Shown here piece by piece: positions 6,819 through 15,540 of a stretch of DNA of 23,332 nucleotides (position 1 is the stretch's first letter; every line of letters starts with the position of its first letter). Below the pieces are notes generated by a model. It was not told where the DNA came from and searched no databases. It worked only from the letters and a program-made list of their open reading frames with translations. The DNA comes from Candidatus Heimdallarchaeota archaeon (GTDB lineage Archaea; Asgardarchaeota; Heimdallarchaeia; Heimdallarchaeales; Kariarchaeaceae), in assembly GCA_015523565.1 (NCBI GenBank), contig WAKA01000036.1, forward strand, positions 1-23,332. Reading direction: 5' to 3'. Position numbers and translations under genes: made by a program.

Positions 6819-8081
6819 GTGGCAAACAATGGAGAAGCTGATATATCCCGCATGGGATTTGTGGACACGGTGGGTCGACCGTTCTTTATAGCGAACGGCA
6901 TCCTTCTTTTTGAGGTCATTGTCCTTTCGATCCCCTATGTCGACACTTTATGGCATGATTTTAGGTGGTGGAGGATTGGTGGTATAATTCCCTATCATTT
7001 CATCGGGGCTTTCGCACTCTTCTCATTCACCGCAGTACTGCTCGTCGTGGGCATGAGACGCAAGAATTGGGTGAACAACCTATTGTTCACATTGTCTATG
7101 GGACTGGGTGGATTGGTCTTCTTTTGGTCTGGATATGTGGATTCCACCACTGGGGACACTTCCAGTCGAACCATTGATTCATGGCTTCATGATTCGGTAT
7201 GGTTCCCAATAATGGCAATGTTTGTTCTCGTCTTCTATCTTCACCTTGAATTTCAAACCAATGACTACCCTCCCTTGAAGCGGGTTATTCCAGTCATTGC
7301 TTCAACTTCCCCTGTTTTTTTTGTTGGAATTGTCTCTTTGATTTCCAGAAAAGATTTCATCCATGACCCTTCATTGGGCACTCTTGTAGCCAATCTGCTT
7401 TTCTTGGGTGGACTTCTTTTCACGTCCGTGCAAGGCACCTATTCCTATTTCCTCAGCTTGAAAAACTATGATCTTTTTGAAGGTGGTGCATCTGATGATG
7501 CAAAAATCCAATTTGCGGCGTTGGTAGGTCTAACCGAGGGAATGATTCTTTTTGCCTTGGACAATGCGCTTGACTTGCCCTTAAACATTCAATTCCCTCT
7601 TATTCTAATAACCTTCCTAATACCCTTGATGATCATTTATATCAAAAATCCCAACTATATATCAGTCTTGGCTACACCAATCCTTGAGCTTCTTGTGGTA
7701 AATGAATCTGGTGTCACGGCATATTCCTATAGCTTTATCAATAATAATGGAGGGACACAGAATCCAAGCACCGCATTTCTGAAAGGAAGTATCCTGTCCG
7801 CAATCTTTACCGTATTCAATGAGATTGCGGGAAAAGAATCGAGCTTCAACGAGGTTGACTTGGAGGGACGGGCATTCTTGGTTGAGAAAGTTTGGATAAA
7901 TGATACCACTTGGGTTGTCGGAGTCATTGCCACGGCTCCCTGTTATTATATCAAGCAGTCAATCCATATCTTTAGTGAGTTACTGAAAGAGTTGATAATC
8001 CAATATGAAGTAAACAACAAGGGTGCAATTTTAGAAATCCCTTCAGAAGTCAATAGTTTAGTGAAGGAGATTTTCACTTGA
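6819..8081 (+). CDS. Multi-pass (~8 TM) membrane protein with a C-terminal cytoplasmic longin/roadblock-like domain (420 aa; alternative start 6852)
   Basis: TM-rich N-terminal ~280 aa. The C-terminus 'LELLVVNESGVTAYSYSF...SILSAIFTVFNEIAG...NEVDLEGRAFLVE' has the beta-beta-alpha-beta-beta-beta-alpha pattern of longin-like folds. Confidence 0.65.
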   Translation: MANNGEADISRMGFVDTVGRPFFIANGILLFEVIVLSIPYVDTLWHDFRWWRIGGIIPYHFIGAFALFSFTAVLLVVGMRRKNWVNNLLFTLSMGLGGLVFFWSGYVDSTTGDTSSRTIDSWLHDSVWFPIMAMFVLVFYLHLEFQTNDYPPLKRVIPVIASTSPVFFVGIVSLISRKDFIHDPSLGTLVANLLFLGGLLFTSVQGTYSYFLSLKNYDLFEGGASDDAKIQFAALVGLTEGMILFALDNALDLPLNIQFPLILITFLIPLMIIYIKNPNYISVLATPILELLVVNESGVTAYSYSFINNNGGTQNPSTAFLKGSILSAIFTVFNEIAGKESSFNEVDLEGRAFLVEKVWINDTTWVVGVIATAPCYYIKQSIHIFSELLKELIIQYEVNNKGAILEIPSEVNSLVKEIFT

Positions 8082-8994
8082 TTTTTGGTTGCATATCCTT
8101 GTTTCTCTCATAAAATGCCCAAGGGTCTTTTGTATATTCGGCAATCATTTCCTTGACGATTTCAATGTTATCCTCCAAAATCAGGTGATCAGGGGCCTTC
8201 ATTCTCATCCAGATCGGATATGGAAGCTTCCAATATACCTCTGCGGATTCCTCCAGCTTGACCAATGGATCAGAATCAGATACAAGTATTAGTGCCGGCA
8301 CCTTTATCGCCTTCCAAAAACTGGACACATCCGCCTTCCATAGTACCTCCCTTGCCTGTCTGGCCGCCACGTCAAGATCCACTTGGTTCAGGCGTTTCAG
8401 GGCTTCCTGTCTGGATCGTTCCGATTCTTCTTTTGAGACGATCCTCTTGACGACAATTGGGGCAAGATATCTCCTAAGCACCTTGCTAAGGCTTGGTGGC
8501 ATAAAAAAGCCGAATTTTATCTTCCAGGGGAGATTGAACTTGCTGACTGGTGACAGAAGTACTGTACCATCTATTTTCCTGTGCAAGGGCAGTTTTGCGG
8601 CAAACATGGATGCCAATGCCAATGTGCCCATACAGTTGGCTTGAATGTATTTCCCTTGTGGTTCAATCCCCTGTTGGTGTGCCAGCCTGTCATACTGGGC
8701 AAATGCCTCTCCAATGAGCCTGTTCGCGTCAATGGCATTTTGTACAGGATCCAACCTACCATTCTTCGGGCTACGACCCGTCCCTCTTGCTTCATAGGAG
8801 AAGATATTGACAATTCCCTTCAGCTCGTCCTGAAACCATTGGTTGCTTTCGATATATGCCATCCATCCATTCATGATTGCATACGCAGGAAGGCTTAAGT
8901 CTGCCTTTTGCAAGTCAACAAGCCATCGCCTGTTGAATTTTCCATAGTCGTCATGCCTGTTTAGCCTGTGAGATAGTGGATGCACTAACCCCAT
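8074..8994 (-). CDS. Alpha/beta hydrolase fold protein with a Cys at the nucleophile elbow (306 aa)
   Basis: Motifs MNGW (oxyanion position), YEARGTGRS, QANCMG (elbow), VLLSP, IKVPALILVSDSDPLV (acid) and APDHL (His). Confidence 0.85.
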   Translation of the reverse strand: MGLVHPLSHRLNRHDDYGKFNRRWLVDLQKADLSLPAYAIMNGWMAYIESNQWFQDELKGIVNIFSYEARGTGRSPKNGRLDPVQNAIDANRLIGEAFAQYDRLAHQQGIEPQGKYIQANCMGTLALASMFAAKLPLHRKIDGTVLLSPVSKFNLPWKIKFGFFMPPSLSKVLRRYLAPIVVKRIVSKEESERSRQEALKRLNQVDLDVAARQAREVLWKADVSSFWKAIKVPALILVSDSDPLVKLEESAEVYWKLPYPIWMRMKAPDHLILEDNIEIVKEMIAEYTKDPWAFYERNKDMQPKIK

Positions 8995-9136
8995 TTACAA
9001 GAGTCAAAATAAAAATTGTTTGCCCTTCATTTATATTACAATATGTCGATTAGAATATGTAAATGTGTATAATTATATTGAATTTGTTTAATGTTTAAAT
9101 CATAACTTTTTAATTGAGTCTTCTCTTCAGGACTAT

Positions 9137-10054
9137 ATGGCAAAAAACTCTTTATACGCCGCTTTAACCGCTAATTTTTTGATCGGTGTGACCAAGCTGG
9201 TAGCTGGAATCCTGTCAGGCTCCGCAGCAATGATTGCAGAAGCTTATCACAGCTTTGCTGATACATTCAACCAAATTTTACTATTGTTTGGCATTAAACG
9301 TAGCCAAAAAATGCCTGACAAAACTCATCCATTTGGTTACCAAAAGGTTCAGTTTTTTTGGGCTTTTGTAATTGCAGTGCTTATTTTCGGAATTTCCGGT
9401 ACTCTTGCATTTGAAAAAGGTCTTAAAATCATCATGAATCCTGAAAAGCATGAGAAACTTGACGTGCCTTCGCTTTATAGGAACCTTATTGTGCTGGGCA
9501 TTGCAATAGCATTAGAAAGTTTCTCCTTCTACACTGCTTTGAAAGAAATCAATGAATTCCGCAAAAAGTCAAAAAATGAGGACTTTTTTGACGCTTTGGA
9601 TGAGATGCAGGATCCTGTGCTCCTTTCAATTTTTGTAGAAGATTTCTTGGCACTTGCTGGGCTTGTCATTGCATTTGTTGGAACCCTTATTACCTTCATG
9701 CTAGACGATCCCCTTTGGGACGGAATCACCTCTTTGGTGATCGGTCTGCTGTTAATGGTTGGCGGTCTGTTGTTGGCCAAGGAGAACAAGCAATACCTGA
9801 TTGGCAAAAGTGTCCACCCAACCATGCTTGAGAAAATCAAGAATACTGTCAAGGAATTTGAGGGAATCAAGACCATCCATGAAATCAAGACAATGTTGTT
9901 GGGACCAAAATCAGTCCTTCTTGCATTGGATCTTGAATTTGACGATGAAACCGAACGCAAGGACATTGCGGCTCACATAGACAAACTAGAGGATAAGTTG
10001 GTGGAAGCCTTCCCCGTGCTTGAAAAATCGAAAATCTTCATTGAAGTTCAGTGA
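9137..10054 (+). CDS. Cation diffusion facilitator (CDF) family transporter (305 aa)
   Basis: Motifs SGSAAMIAEAYHSFADT, PDKTHPFGY, EDFLALAG and WDGITS, plus a C-terminal ZT-dimer-like domain. Confidence 0.93.
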   Translation: MAKNSLYAALTANFLIGVTKLVAGILSGSAAMIAEAYHSFADTFNQILLLFGIKRSQKMPDKTHPFGYQKVQFFWAFVIAVLIFGISGTLAFEKGLKIIMNPEKHEKLDVPSLYRNLIVLGIAIALESFSFYTALKEINEFRKKSKNEDFFDALDEMQDPVLLSIFVEDFLALAGLVIAFVGTLITFMLDDPLWDGITSLVIGLLLMVGGLLLAKENKQYLIGKSVHPTMLEKIKNTVKEFEGIKTIHEIKTMLLGPKSVLLALDLEFDDETERKDIAAHIDKLEDKLVEAFPVLEKSKIFIEVQ

Positions 10055-10848
10055 TTTCCATTCAATCCGCTTTTCCTAAGCACTTCTCTTGCCGCATTCA
10101 ATGTTTTTTCATAAATTCCGAATGTCACTGGCGTAATGGTGATCTTATTATCAAACAGCACCTTATAGCTGTCCTTGTCCCTTTGCCAATCTTTCCTCTT
10201 GTCGCCCCAAAGCCAATAATATTTTTCACCTTTGGGATCAATCCTTTCCACAAGGTAATTGATGTATTTGTATGTTTCCAGTCCAACCACCTCTATCTTA
10301 CTGTTTTCATCCATGTTATGCGGAAAGTTGACATTGATGAACAAAATCCGGTTCCAAAAATCCTGTGGGGCTTGGACAAATGCCTCTGCAATGTCTATCG
10401 CCAAGCTTGCCACCTTGTCCAAGTCAAAAGGCAATGATTTGGCAAAAAAATACTCCTCAGGCACATCCAATGAAAATGCAAATGCTGGAATGTTTCTCAA
10501 TCCCGCTTCCATGGCTATGCCACATGTGCCTGAGGTCAGAATGCTGTGGATTGAGGTGTTCTCTCCTCCATTGATGCCTGAAAGCACTACATCAGGAGTT
10601 TTTCCAGTCAGTTGCTCATAGAGTATCAATGAATCCGCAGGCTTTCCTGAGTGTGCATATGTTTGTATGCCTGCCTCATCAATCTTATGGATGCGAATGG
10701 GTGAATTAAATGTCAATGACTTGCCTTGTGCTGTCTGCTGTGTTTCTGGAGTCACAATGGTGACATCTCCGAGCTTGCAGGCGGCTTTTGCCAAGCTTGT
10801 AATGCCAGATGAATGGACTCCATCATCATTGGAAACCTGGATGTTCAT
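10048..10848 (-). CDS. surE: 5'/3'-nucleotidase SurE (266 aa)
   Basis: Motifs MNIQVSNDDG, GKPAD, PDVVLSGINGGEN, SGT, INVNFP, DPKGEKYYW and ITITP. The start was placed at ATG 10848 rather than 11076. Confidence 0.95.
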   Translation of the reverse strand: MNIQVSNDDGVHSSGITSLAKAACKLGDVTIVTPETQQTAQGKSLTFNSPIRIHKIDEAGIQTYAHSGKPADSLILYEQLTGKTPDVVLSGINGGENTSIHSILTSGTCGIAMEAGLRNIPAFAFSLDVPEEYFFAKSLPFDLDKVASLAIDIAEAFVQAPQDFWNRILFINVNFPHNMDENSKIEVVGLETYKYINYLVERIDPKGEKYYWLWGDKRKDWQRDKDSYKVLFDNKITITPVTFGIYEKTLNAAREVLRKSGLNGNH

Positions 10849-10873
10849 TGCCTTCTTTTTAATCCATACAATT

Positions 10874-10891
10874 TCAATGTTTATACATTGA
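10874..10891. promoter_or_regulatory. Inverted repeat TCAATGT-ttat-ACATTGA overlapping a TATA-like box upstream of surE
   Basis: Perfect 7-bp arms. A minus-strand TATAAA lies inside, about 30-35 nt upstream of the surE ATG. Confidence 0.45.
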
Positions 10892-10970
10892 TCAGAATTT
10901 CTCCTTTTCCATTTATTTTTTTGTCTCCAAACTTTCCTGGAGCCCTCTGTTTTGAAAATCTTGGGCGATG

Positions 10971-11342
10971 CTAACTGGAAAAATGTTTCACAATCTTGAT
11001 GGTGAGGAAGGTAATGACATAGTAGGCAAGAATGAAGACAGGACTGACGAAGGCAAGTCCAAACGCAAGCAGACACAGCTCATTGACGCAATTTGCAATC
11101 ATCCAGATTACTGCCGCAAAAAACCCCAATGAGAACAATGCCACAGCCGGTTTCATTCCTACGTTGGGATTGTCATAAGCCAATGCCAATGCCAATCCAG
11201 AAAGGAAAGGCAGTGCATAAAAGCCAAACACCCCCCAATCCACATTGATATAGAACAGTCCTGCAATTATTGCCAACAATGGTGCAATAAGTTTCACTGC
11301 AAGGACAGGGTCTTCGGGTTCATTATTCTCAAGTAACATCAT
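10971..11342 (-). CDS. Hypothetical 4-TM membrane protein (123 aa)
   Basis: Hydrophobic throughout. The start overlaps the stop of the upstream LLM gene (ATGA coupling). Confidence 0.7.
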   Translation of the reverse strand: MMLLENNEPEDPVLAVKLIAPLLAIIAGLFYINVDWGVFGFYALPFLSGLALALAYDNPNVGMKPAVALFSLGFFAAVIWMIANCVNELCLLAFGLAFVSPVFILAYYVITFLTIKIVKHFSS

Positions 11343-12298
11343 TTCACCTTTGGGATGATTTTGTCTGCAAATGTCTCCATATGCTCAATCTCTTGATTCT
11401 GTGGAAACATGAAAATAAAGTGGGTTATCCCCAATTCAATATAGGCTTTCAGTTTGTCTGCAATTTCTTCTGCGGTACCATGAAGTGCCCCTTCCATCCG
11501 TTTCTCAAGTTGTTCCATAGTCAGGTTCCGTTTTTCGCAAATCTCTTTCCACGCCTTCAGTTTTTCCTCTTCTGTGGGGTAGACCCTTGTCCATGCCCCA
11601 TATGATTTCTTCAGGGTCGCAGGGTCTCGCCCGTGCTTCTCACAAAACCTGTTGACCCGTTCCAGCTTTTCCTGATAAATCTCTGGGGAAAATGACCATG
11701 CAATGTTGATTCCATCCGCCTTCTGTGCAATGACATTCAACATCTTTTCCCTCGCCTCCATTGTTCCCACCCAAATAGGTGGATGGGGCTCCTGCAAAGG
11801 CTTTGGACAGGCAATCGCATCATTCAACTGGTAATATTTTCCTTGGTAATTTGCCCGTTCTTCTGTCCAAAGCTTCTTGATGACATCCAATCCCTCACTC
11901 ATCATCCTGATACGAACCCCTGCCGTGGGAAATGGAATGCCATATGCCTTGTATTCGATCTCTTTCCAGCCCGCACCGTATCCGAACTCAACTCTTCCAC
12001 CAGAGAAATGATCCAATGTGACGATCTGCTTGGCCAAGACAGCAGGATGCCTATAACTGTTGCAGAAAACCAATGATCCAATCCTTAGGTTGTTGGTCTT
12101 GGATGCGGCGGCCATCATTGTTGCAAATGCCTCATAGGATACTGTGTCAACAGCATCTTTTGTTAGCATGAAATGGTCACTGAACCATGCATGGCTGAAC
12201 CCATTTTGCTCCGCGGCTATACAGATATCATATATCTGTTGCAGTTCATAGCCAAACTGTGGCTCTATCTGAACTCCAAAATACGTCATTTGAACCAT
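11339..12298 (-). CDS. LLM-class flavin/F420-dependent oxidoreductase (319 aa)
   Basis: Motifs AEQNGFSHAWFSDHF, RHPAVLAKQIVTLDHFSGGRVEFGYGAGW, EYKAYG, PKPLQEPHPPIWVG and ADG. Confidence 0.93.
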   Translation of the reverse strand: MVQMTYFGVQIEPQFGYELQQIYDICIAAEQNGFSHAWFSDHFMLTKDAVDTVSYEAFATMMAAASKTNNLRIGSLVFCNSYRHPAVLAKQIVTLDHFSGGRVEFGYGAGWKEIEYKAYGIPFPTAGVRIRMMSEGLDVIKKLWTEERANYQGKYYQLNDAIACPKPLQEPHPPIWVGTMEAREKMLNVIAQKADGINIAWSFSPEIYQEKLERVNRFCEKHGRDPATLKKSYGAWTRVYPTEEEKLKAWKEICEKRNLTMEQLEKRMEGALHGTAEEIADKLKAYIELGITHFIFMFPQNQEIEHMETFADKIIPKVK

Positions 12299-12348
12299 GG
12301 GGATTTTCCATCTTAATGAAACTTCTCAACAGAACCATGGAAAATTGC

Positions 12349-12735
12349 TTACACTTTCTTGACTCCTGGAATTCGATGAACTATGAAAATAATCGCGGCA
12401 TAAATGGCAAGGTAGATGGGTGAAAAAATAACCATGATTATTGCCACCACAACACCGTAATCCCCTTTACTGAATAATGAAAACGCAACTGCCAAGACCG
12501 CCATAAAAATCCCTGCAATTGTCCATTTGTCCGCAGTTCCAAATGTCTCCGGGAAGAGTCTCGGAAATGCAAATCCTGCAATGATTGGTGATCCAAATAT
12601 GATTAGGAGTGAATACGCTTCAAGATAATTCACAAGTCGTCCATACAACGCCACTGTAACTATTCCAAAAATAAGTCCCGTCCATGTCTCACGGGAACGA
12701 TCCGTTTCTCCCTCCTGCAATAATTGATTCTCCAT
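12349..12735 (-). CDS. Hypothetical 4-TM membrane protein (128 aa)
   Basis: Hydrophobic segments follow MENQLLQEG. ATG 12735 avoids overlap with the upstream gene. Confidence 0.65.
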   Translation of the reverse strand: MENQLLQEGETDRSRETWTGLIFGIVTVALYGRLVNYLEAYSLLIIFGSPIIAGFAFPRLFPETFGTADKWTIAGIFMAVLAVAFSLFSKGDYGVVVAIIMVIFSPIYLAIYAAIIFIVHRIPGVKKV

Positions 12736-12772
12736 TGATCCTTTTTGATAGTCTATCCCAAAAATCTTCCGT

Positions 12773-13663
12773 TTATGAAGCCAGATAAATTGAAAAAGGA
12801 AGATACAAAAGCAACAAAAGCATGAACAGTCCCACAGCAGTAAACCAAATGGGTCTTGACCAAGTCCAAATCTTCTTTCCATCTATAATGGAGAACGGCA
12901 ACAAGTTAAACAGACCCAATATGATATTGACAAAAATTGAGATGTCAACAAAAACAGCAAAGAACTCTGGACCTGTCCTTGCAATCGGAAAAATCAACAG
13001 AAAAACCAATGCCAGAGTAAAATTGACTGATGGACCTGCAATACTGAAAAGACCGTTTTCGCGTTTGCTGGGGGGTCTGCCCAAAATCATGGTTGCACCC
13101 GGTGTCCCGATGAAAAAGGGGAGAAATCCCATGAAAAAGGTCAGCAGGGCAAAATTCTTGATGATTGAGAACCTTGCATACCTGCCATAGTGCATTGCCA
13201 TGTATTTGTGGCCTAGTTCGTGCAAGATAAATGCAGGTGCCACCGCCAATCCGTATGCCAAGGCACTTGCCAAACTCTGCTGTCCCGTGAAGATGCCATA
13301 AAAGCTAATGCCCCAAAAGATCAAGAGAAACGCAATCAAAAGATCCACAGTTTCCCTTCCAAAGGATATCAATGCAGGGTTCATAAACAGGACTCTTTCA
13401 TAATGCTCCATCTCTGCCTTTTTCTGATCAGTACGTGCGAATGGAATGGCCTTGGGACTTGCAAAAGCAAACGCTGGCTGTTGCTGAGCCCTTGGGGGTG
13501 ATTGGTAAAGTTTCGCCTTCCTGTATTCATCCGTCCAAAAAATATCCTTTCTTGGACAATCATGGTTTTCTGGAAGTCGATGCGCAGGGCAGAACTTCTC
13601 ATGGCAGAGATTGCATGTAAAAGGCAATGCTACTGGAACGCCGCAATATGAACATCGGTTAAT
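12773..13663 (-). CDS. AN1-type zinc finger fused to an M50 site-2 intramembrane metalloprotease (~296 aa; apparent ATT start)
   Basis: CSYC...LPFTCNLCHEKFCPAHRLPENHDC is an AN1 finger. HELGH, IAGPSVN and FNLLPFSIIDG are M50 motifs. The reading frame extends 12 codons upstream of the tracked TTG, to ATT at 13661-13663. Confidence 0.88.
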   Translation of the reverse strand: MNRCSYCGVPVALPFTCNLCHEKFCPAHRLPENHDCPRKDIFWTDEYRKAKLYQSPPRAQQQPAFAFASPKAIPFARTDQKKAEMEHYERVLFMNPALISFGRETVDLLIAFLLIFWGISFYGIFTGQQSLASALAYGLAVAPAFILHELGHKYMAMHYGRYARFSIIKNFALLTFFMGFLPFFIGTPGATMILGRPPSKRENGLFSIAGPSVNFTLALVFLLIFPIARTGPEFFAVFVDISIFVNIILGLFNLLPFSIIDGKKIWTWSRPIWFTAVGLFMLLLLLYLPFSIYLAS

Positions 13664-13757
13664 ATTATCAGCCTCTCTGTACCTGTTAAAAAATTATCAT
13701 CTATAAAAATCTGCAAATGAAACCAATAAATTGTGACATTCACTGAAAATTTTTCAC

Positions 13758-14195
13758 TCAAATGAATTGATATTGGAGGACTACAAAAACTCCTCCAACA
13801 AGCATGCCAATAATCGGTCCCCCCACCTTTTCAAACATCCGCTTCCGTTCGTACGCCTCAACTGCAATGGCATCGCCCCTGCTGGTGTATGCGGCCAATG
13901 GAAATCCTCCACTTGATCCTGCCACATAGCTTGAATAAATCATAAGTGCACTAATCGTGAACAAAACAATATACATTTTCTCATAATAGTTTGGATTGCT
14001 TAAGTAATTGCCTCCCATAACCCTGCCCAACAAAACCATGGCAAAGAATGTCACCCCAATCCAAAATATCAGCCAGTTCCTTATGAACTCCACTTTTGAC
14101 TCTTGTTTGTATACTTTCACTGTCTTCTTCACTATCTCTTCAACCGACATCCCCGATTTTTGAAGTTGGGCAAACGTCGGCTCCTTCTTTACCAT
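13758..14195 (-). CDS. Hypothetical 3-TM membrane protein (145 aa)
   Basis: Charged N-terminus followed by three hydrophobic segments. No family recognised. Confidence 0.7.
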   Translation of the reverse strand: MVKKEPTFAQLQKSGMSVEEIVKKTVKVYKQESKVEFIRNWLIFWIGVTFFAMVLLGRVMGGNYLSNPNYYEKMYIVLFTISALMIYSSYVAGSSGGFPLAAYTSRGDAIAVEAYERKRMFEKVGGPIIGMLVGGVFVVLQYQFI

Positions 14196-14278
14196 GCGTG
14201 TATAATGTTTTCCGTTTATTTTTGCCTTTTGCTTCTTGAATGATTTCTAACTTTTTAAAGTCAATATATCCGAAAAGC

Positions 14279-14992
14279 ATGATGAAAAAAGGAATTGCCA
14301 TCTTGTTAATGGGGATTGTCTTTATCACCCTAATCCCACAATCATCTGCCTATAACATCAAACTGACCTACCTCGACCTAAGTGGAAATACCCATTCATT
14401 CGCTGAATTCGAGGGAAAATGGCTCTTTGTTGAAGTTTTCAGGCATGATTGCCCGCACTGCATCAATCAACACCCTGATTTGCAACAGCTTTACGACTTG
14501 AGAGTTGATGTGAACAACAGCAAAATGGAAATGCTTTCCTTGGCAGTATCTTCTGACACTGTGGAAGAAATCCAAACCTTCCTGAACGACCACCCGACCC
14601 CTTGGAATATCGGTCGGGATCCTCAAAACTCCTTTTCAAACACATATGGCATCACAGGCACTCCCACCATGATCCTTTTCGATACGAAAGGCAATGCCGC
14701 TAAATCATGGGTTGGTGAAACTCCCCTGTCAACATTACTCACTGACATTGACCCATTCCTCTCAGGGGAAAAATCAGCTACAATTACTGACCTTAAAGCA
14801 GTTGGAAACGCTCCCTCAAGCGGACAAAGCCTTATTGGATCCATTGTCGGCAATCCAATCGCCCAAGCGGGATTTCTCATCTCCTTGTTCCTTCTGGTCT
14901 ATTTCAAGCTTACATCACCATCTCCAGACGCAACGAAAAAAAGCCCAAAGAAAGAAACTAACCTGGATAGCCATCAATCAGCAAAGAAGTGA
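14279..14992 (+). CDS. TlpA/ResA-like extracytoplasmic thioredoxin-fold disulfide oxidoreductase with a C-terminal TM (237 aa)
   Basis: Signal peptide MMKKGIAILL...SSA, then DLSGNTHSFAEFEGK, CPHC and YGITGTPTMILFD, then a C-terminal hydrophobic helix. Confidence 0.9.
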   Translation: MMKKGIAILLMGIVFITLIPQSSAYNIKLTYLDLSGNTHSFAEFEGKWLFVEVFRHDCPHCINQHPDLQQLYDLRVDVNNSKMEMLSLAVSSDTVEEIQTFLNDHPTPWNIGRDPQNSFSNTYGITGTPTMILFDTKGNAAKSWVGETPLSTLLTDIDPFLSGEKSATITDLKAVGNAPSSGQSLIGSIVGNPIAQAGFLISLFLLVYFKLTSPSPDATKKSPKKETNLDSHQSAKK

Positions 14993-15462
14993 TAGGCATG
15001 AAAAACAAGACCATTCAAGCCATACTCTTTATCGCATCAATCGCAGGAATAATGGATACCCTTTTCCTGATTGACAGTTATTACAATGACCCCGCCGCCT
15101 GCTCCACCCCGTTTTTGCAATCAATTTTCGGTATCCCTGTTGATTGCGGGGAAGTTACCACCTCCCAATATTCCAAGGTGTTTTCCATCCCCCTTGCTTT
15201 CTATGGACTGGTCTTTTACCTCTCACTCTTCCTTATTCTGTATTTTGAAGACAGGCTAACCCCCCTCCTCAAAGACAAACCACTTGATTATGATTTCCTT
15301 CTTTTGGCATTTGGAATTACAGGTTTTCTTGTCTCCTCGATTCTCTTGTATATACAAGTGGGACTGATCGGCAAGGTCTGTCTTTATTGCCTTTTGTCGC
15401 TGGTCTCAAGCTATACCGTCTTAGGAACAACCTTTGTGAACCTCAAATTGTCAAAAAAATGA
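14989..15462 (+). CDS. Vitamin K epoxide reductase (VKOR) family disulfide-bond formation protein (154-157 aa)
   Basis: Loop cysteines AAC...VDCGEVTTSQYSKVFSIPLAFYG and the active-site CLYC. It is coupled to the upstream thioredoxin gene. Confidence 0.92.
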   Translation: MIGMKNKTIQAILFIASIAGIMDTLFLIDSYYNDPAACSTPFLQSIFGIPVDCGEVTTSQYSKVFSIPLAFYGLVFYLSLFLILYFEDRLTPLLKDKPLDYDFLLLAFGITGFLVSSILLYIQVGLIGKVCLYCLLSLVSSYTVLGTTFVNLKLSKK

Positions 15463-15540
15463 ATGGGTTTAAGTAACAACCCCTTTATTTGGGGATTAAA
15501 GTTTTATATCTTCTTGTAACTAAAATCAATAGAGTAAGAA

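Noticed and set aside
10849-11076. 76-aa N-terminal extension of SurE
   Set aside because: It overlaps the upstream membrane-protein gene and the promoter region; SurE similarity begins at Met 10848.
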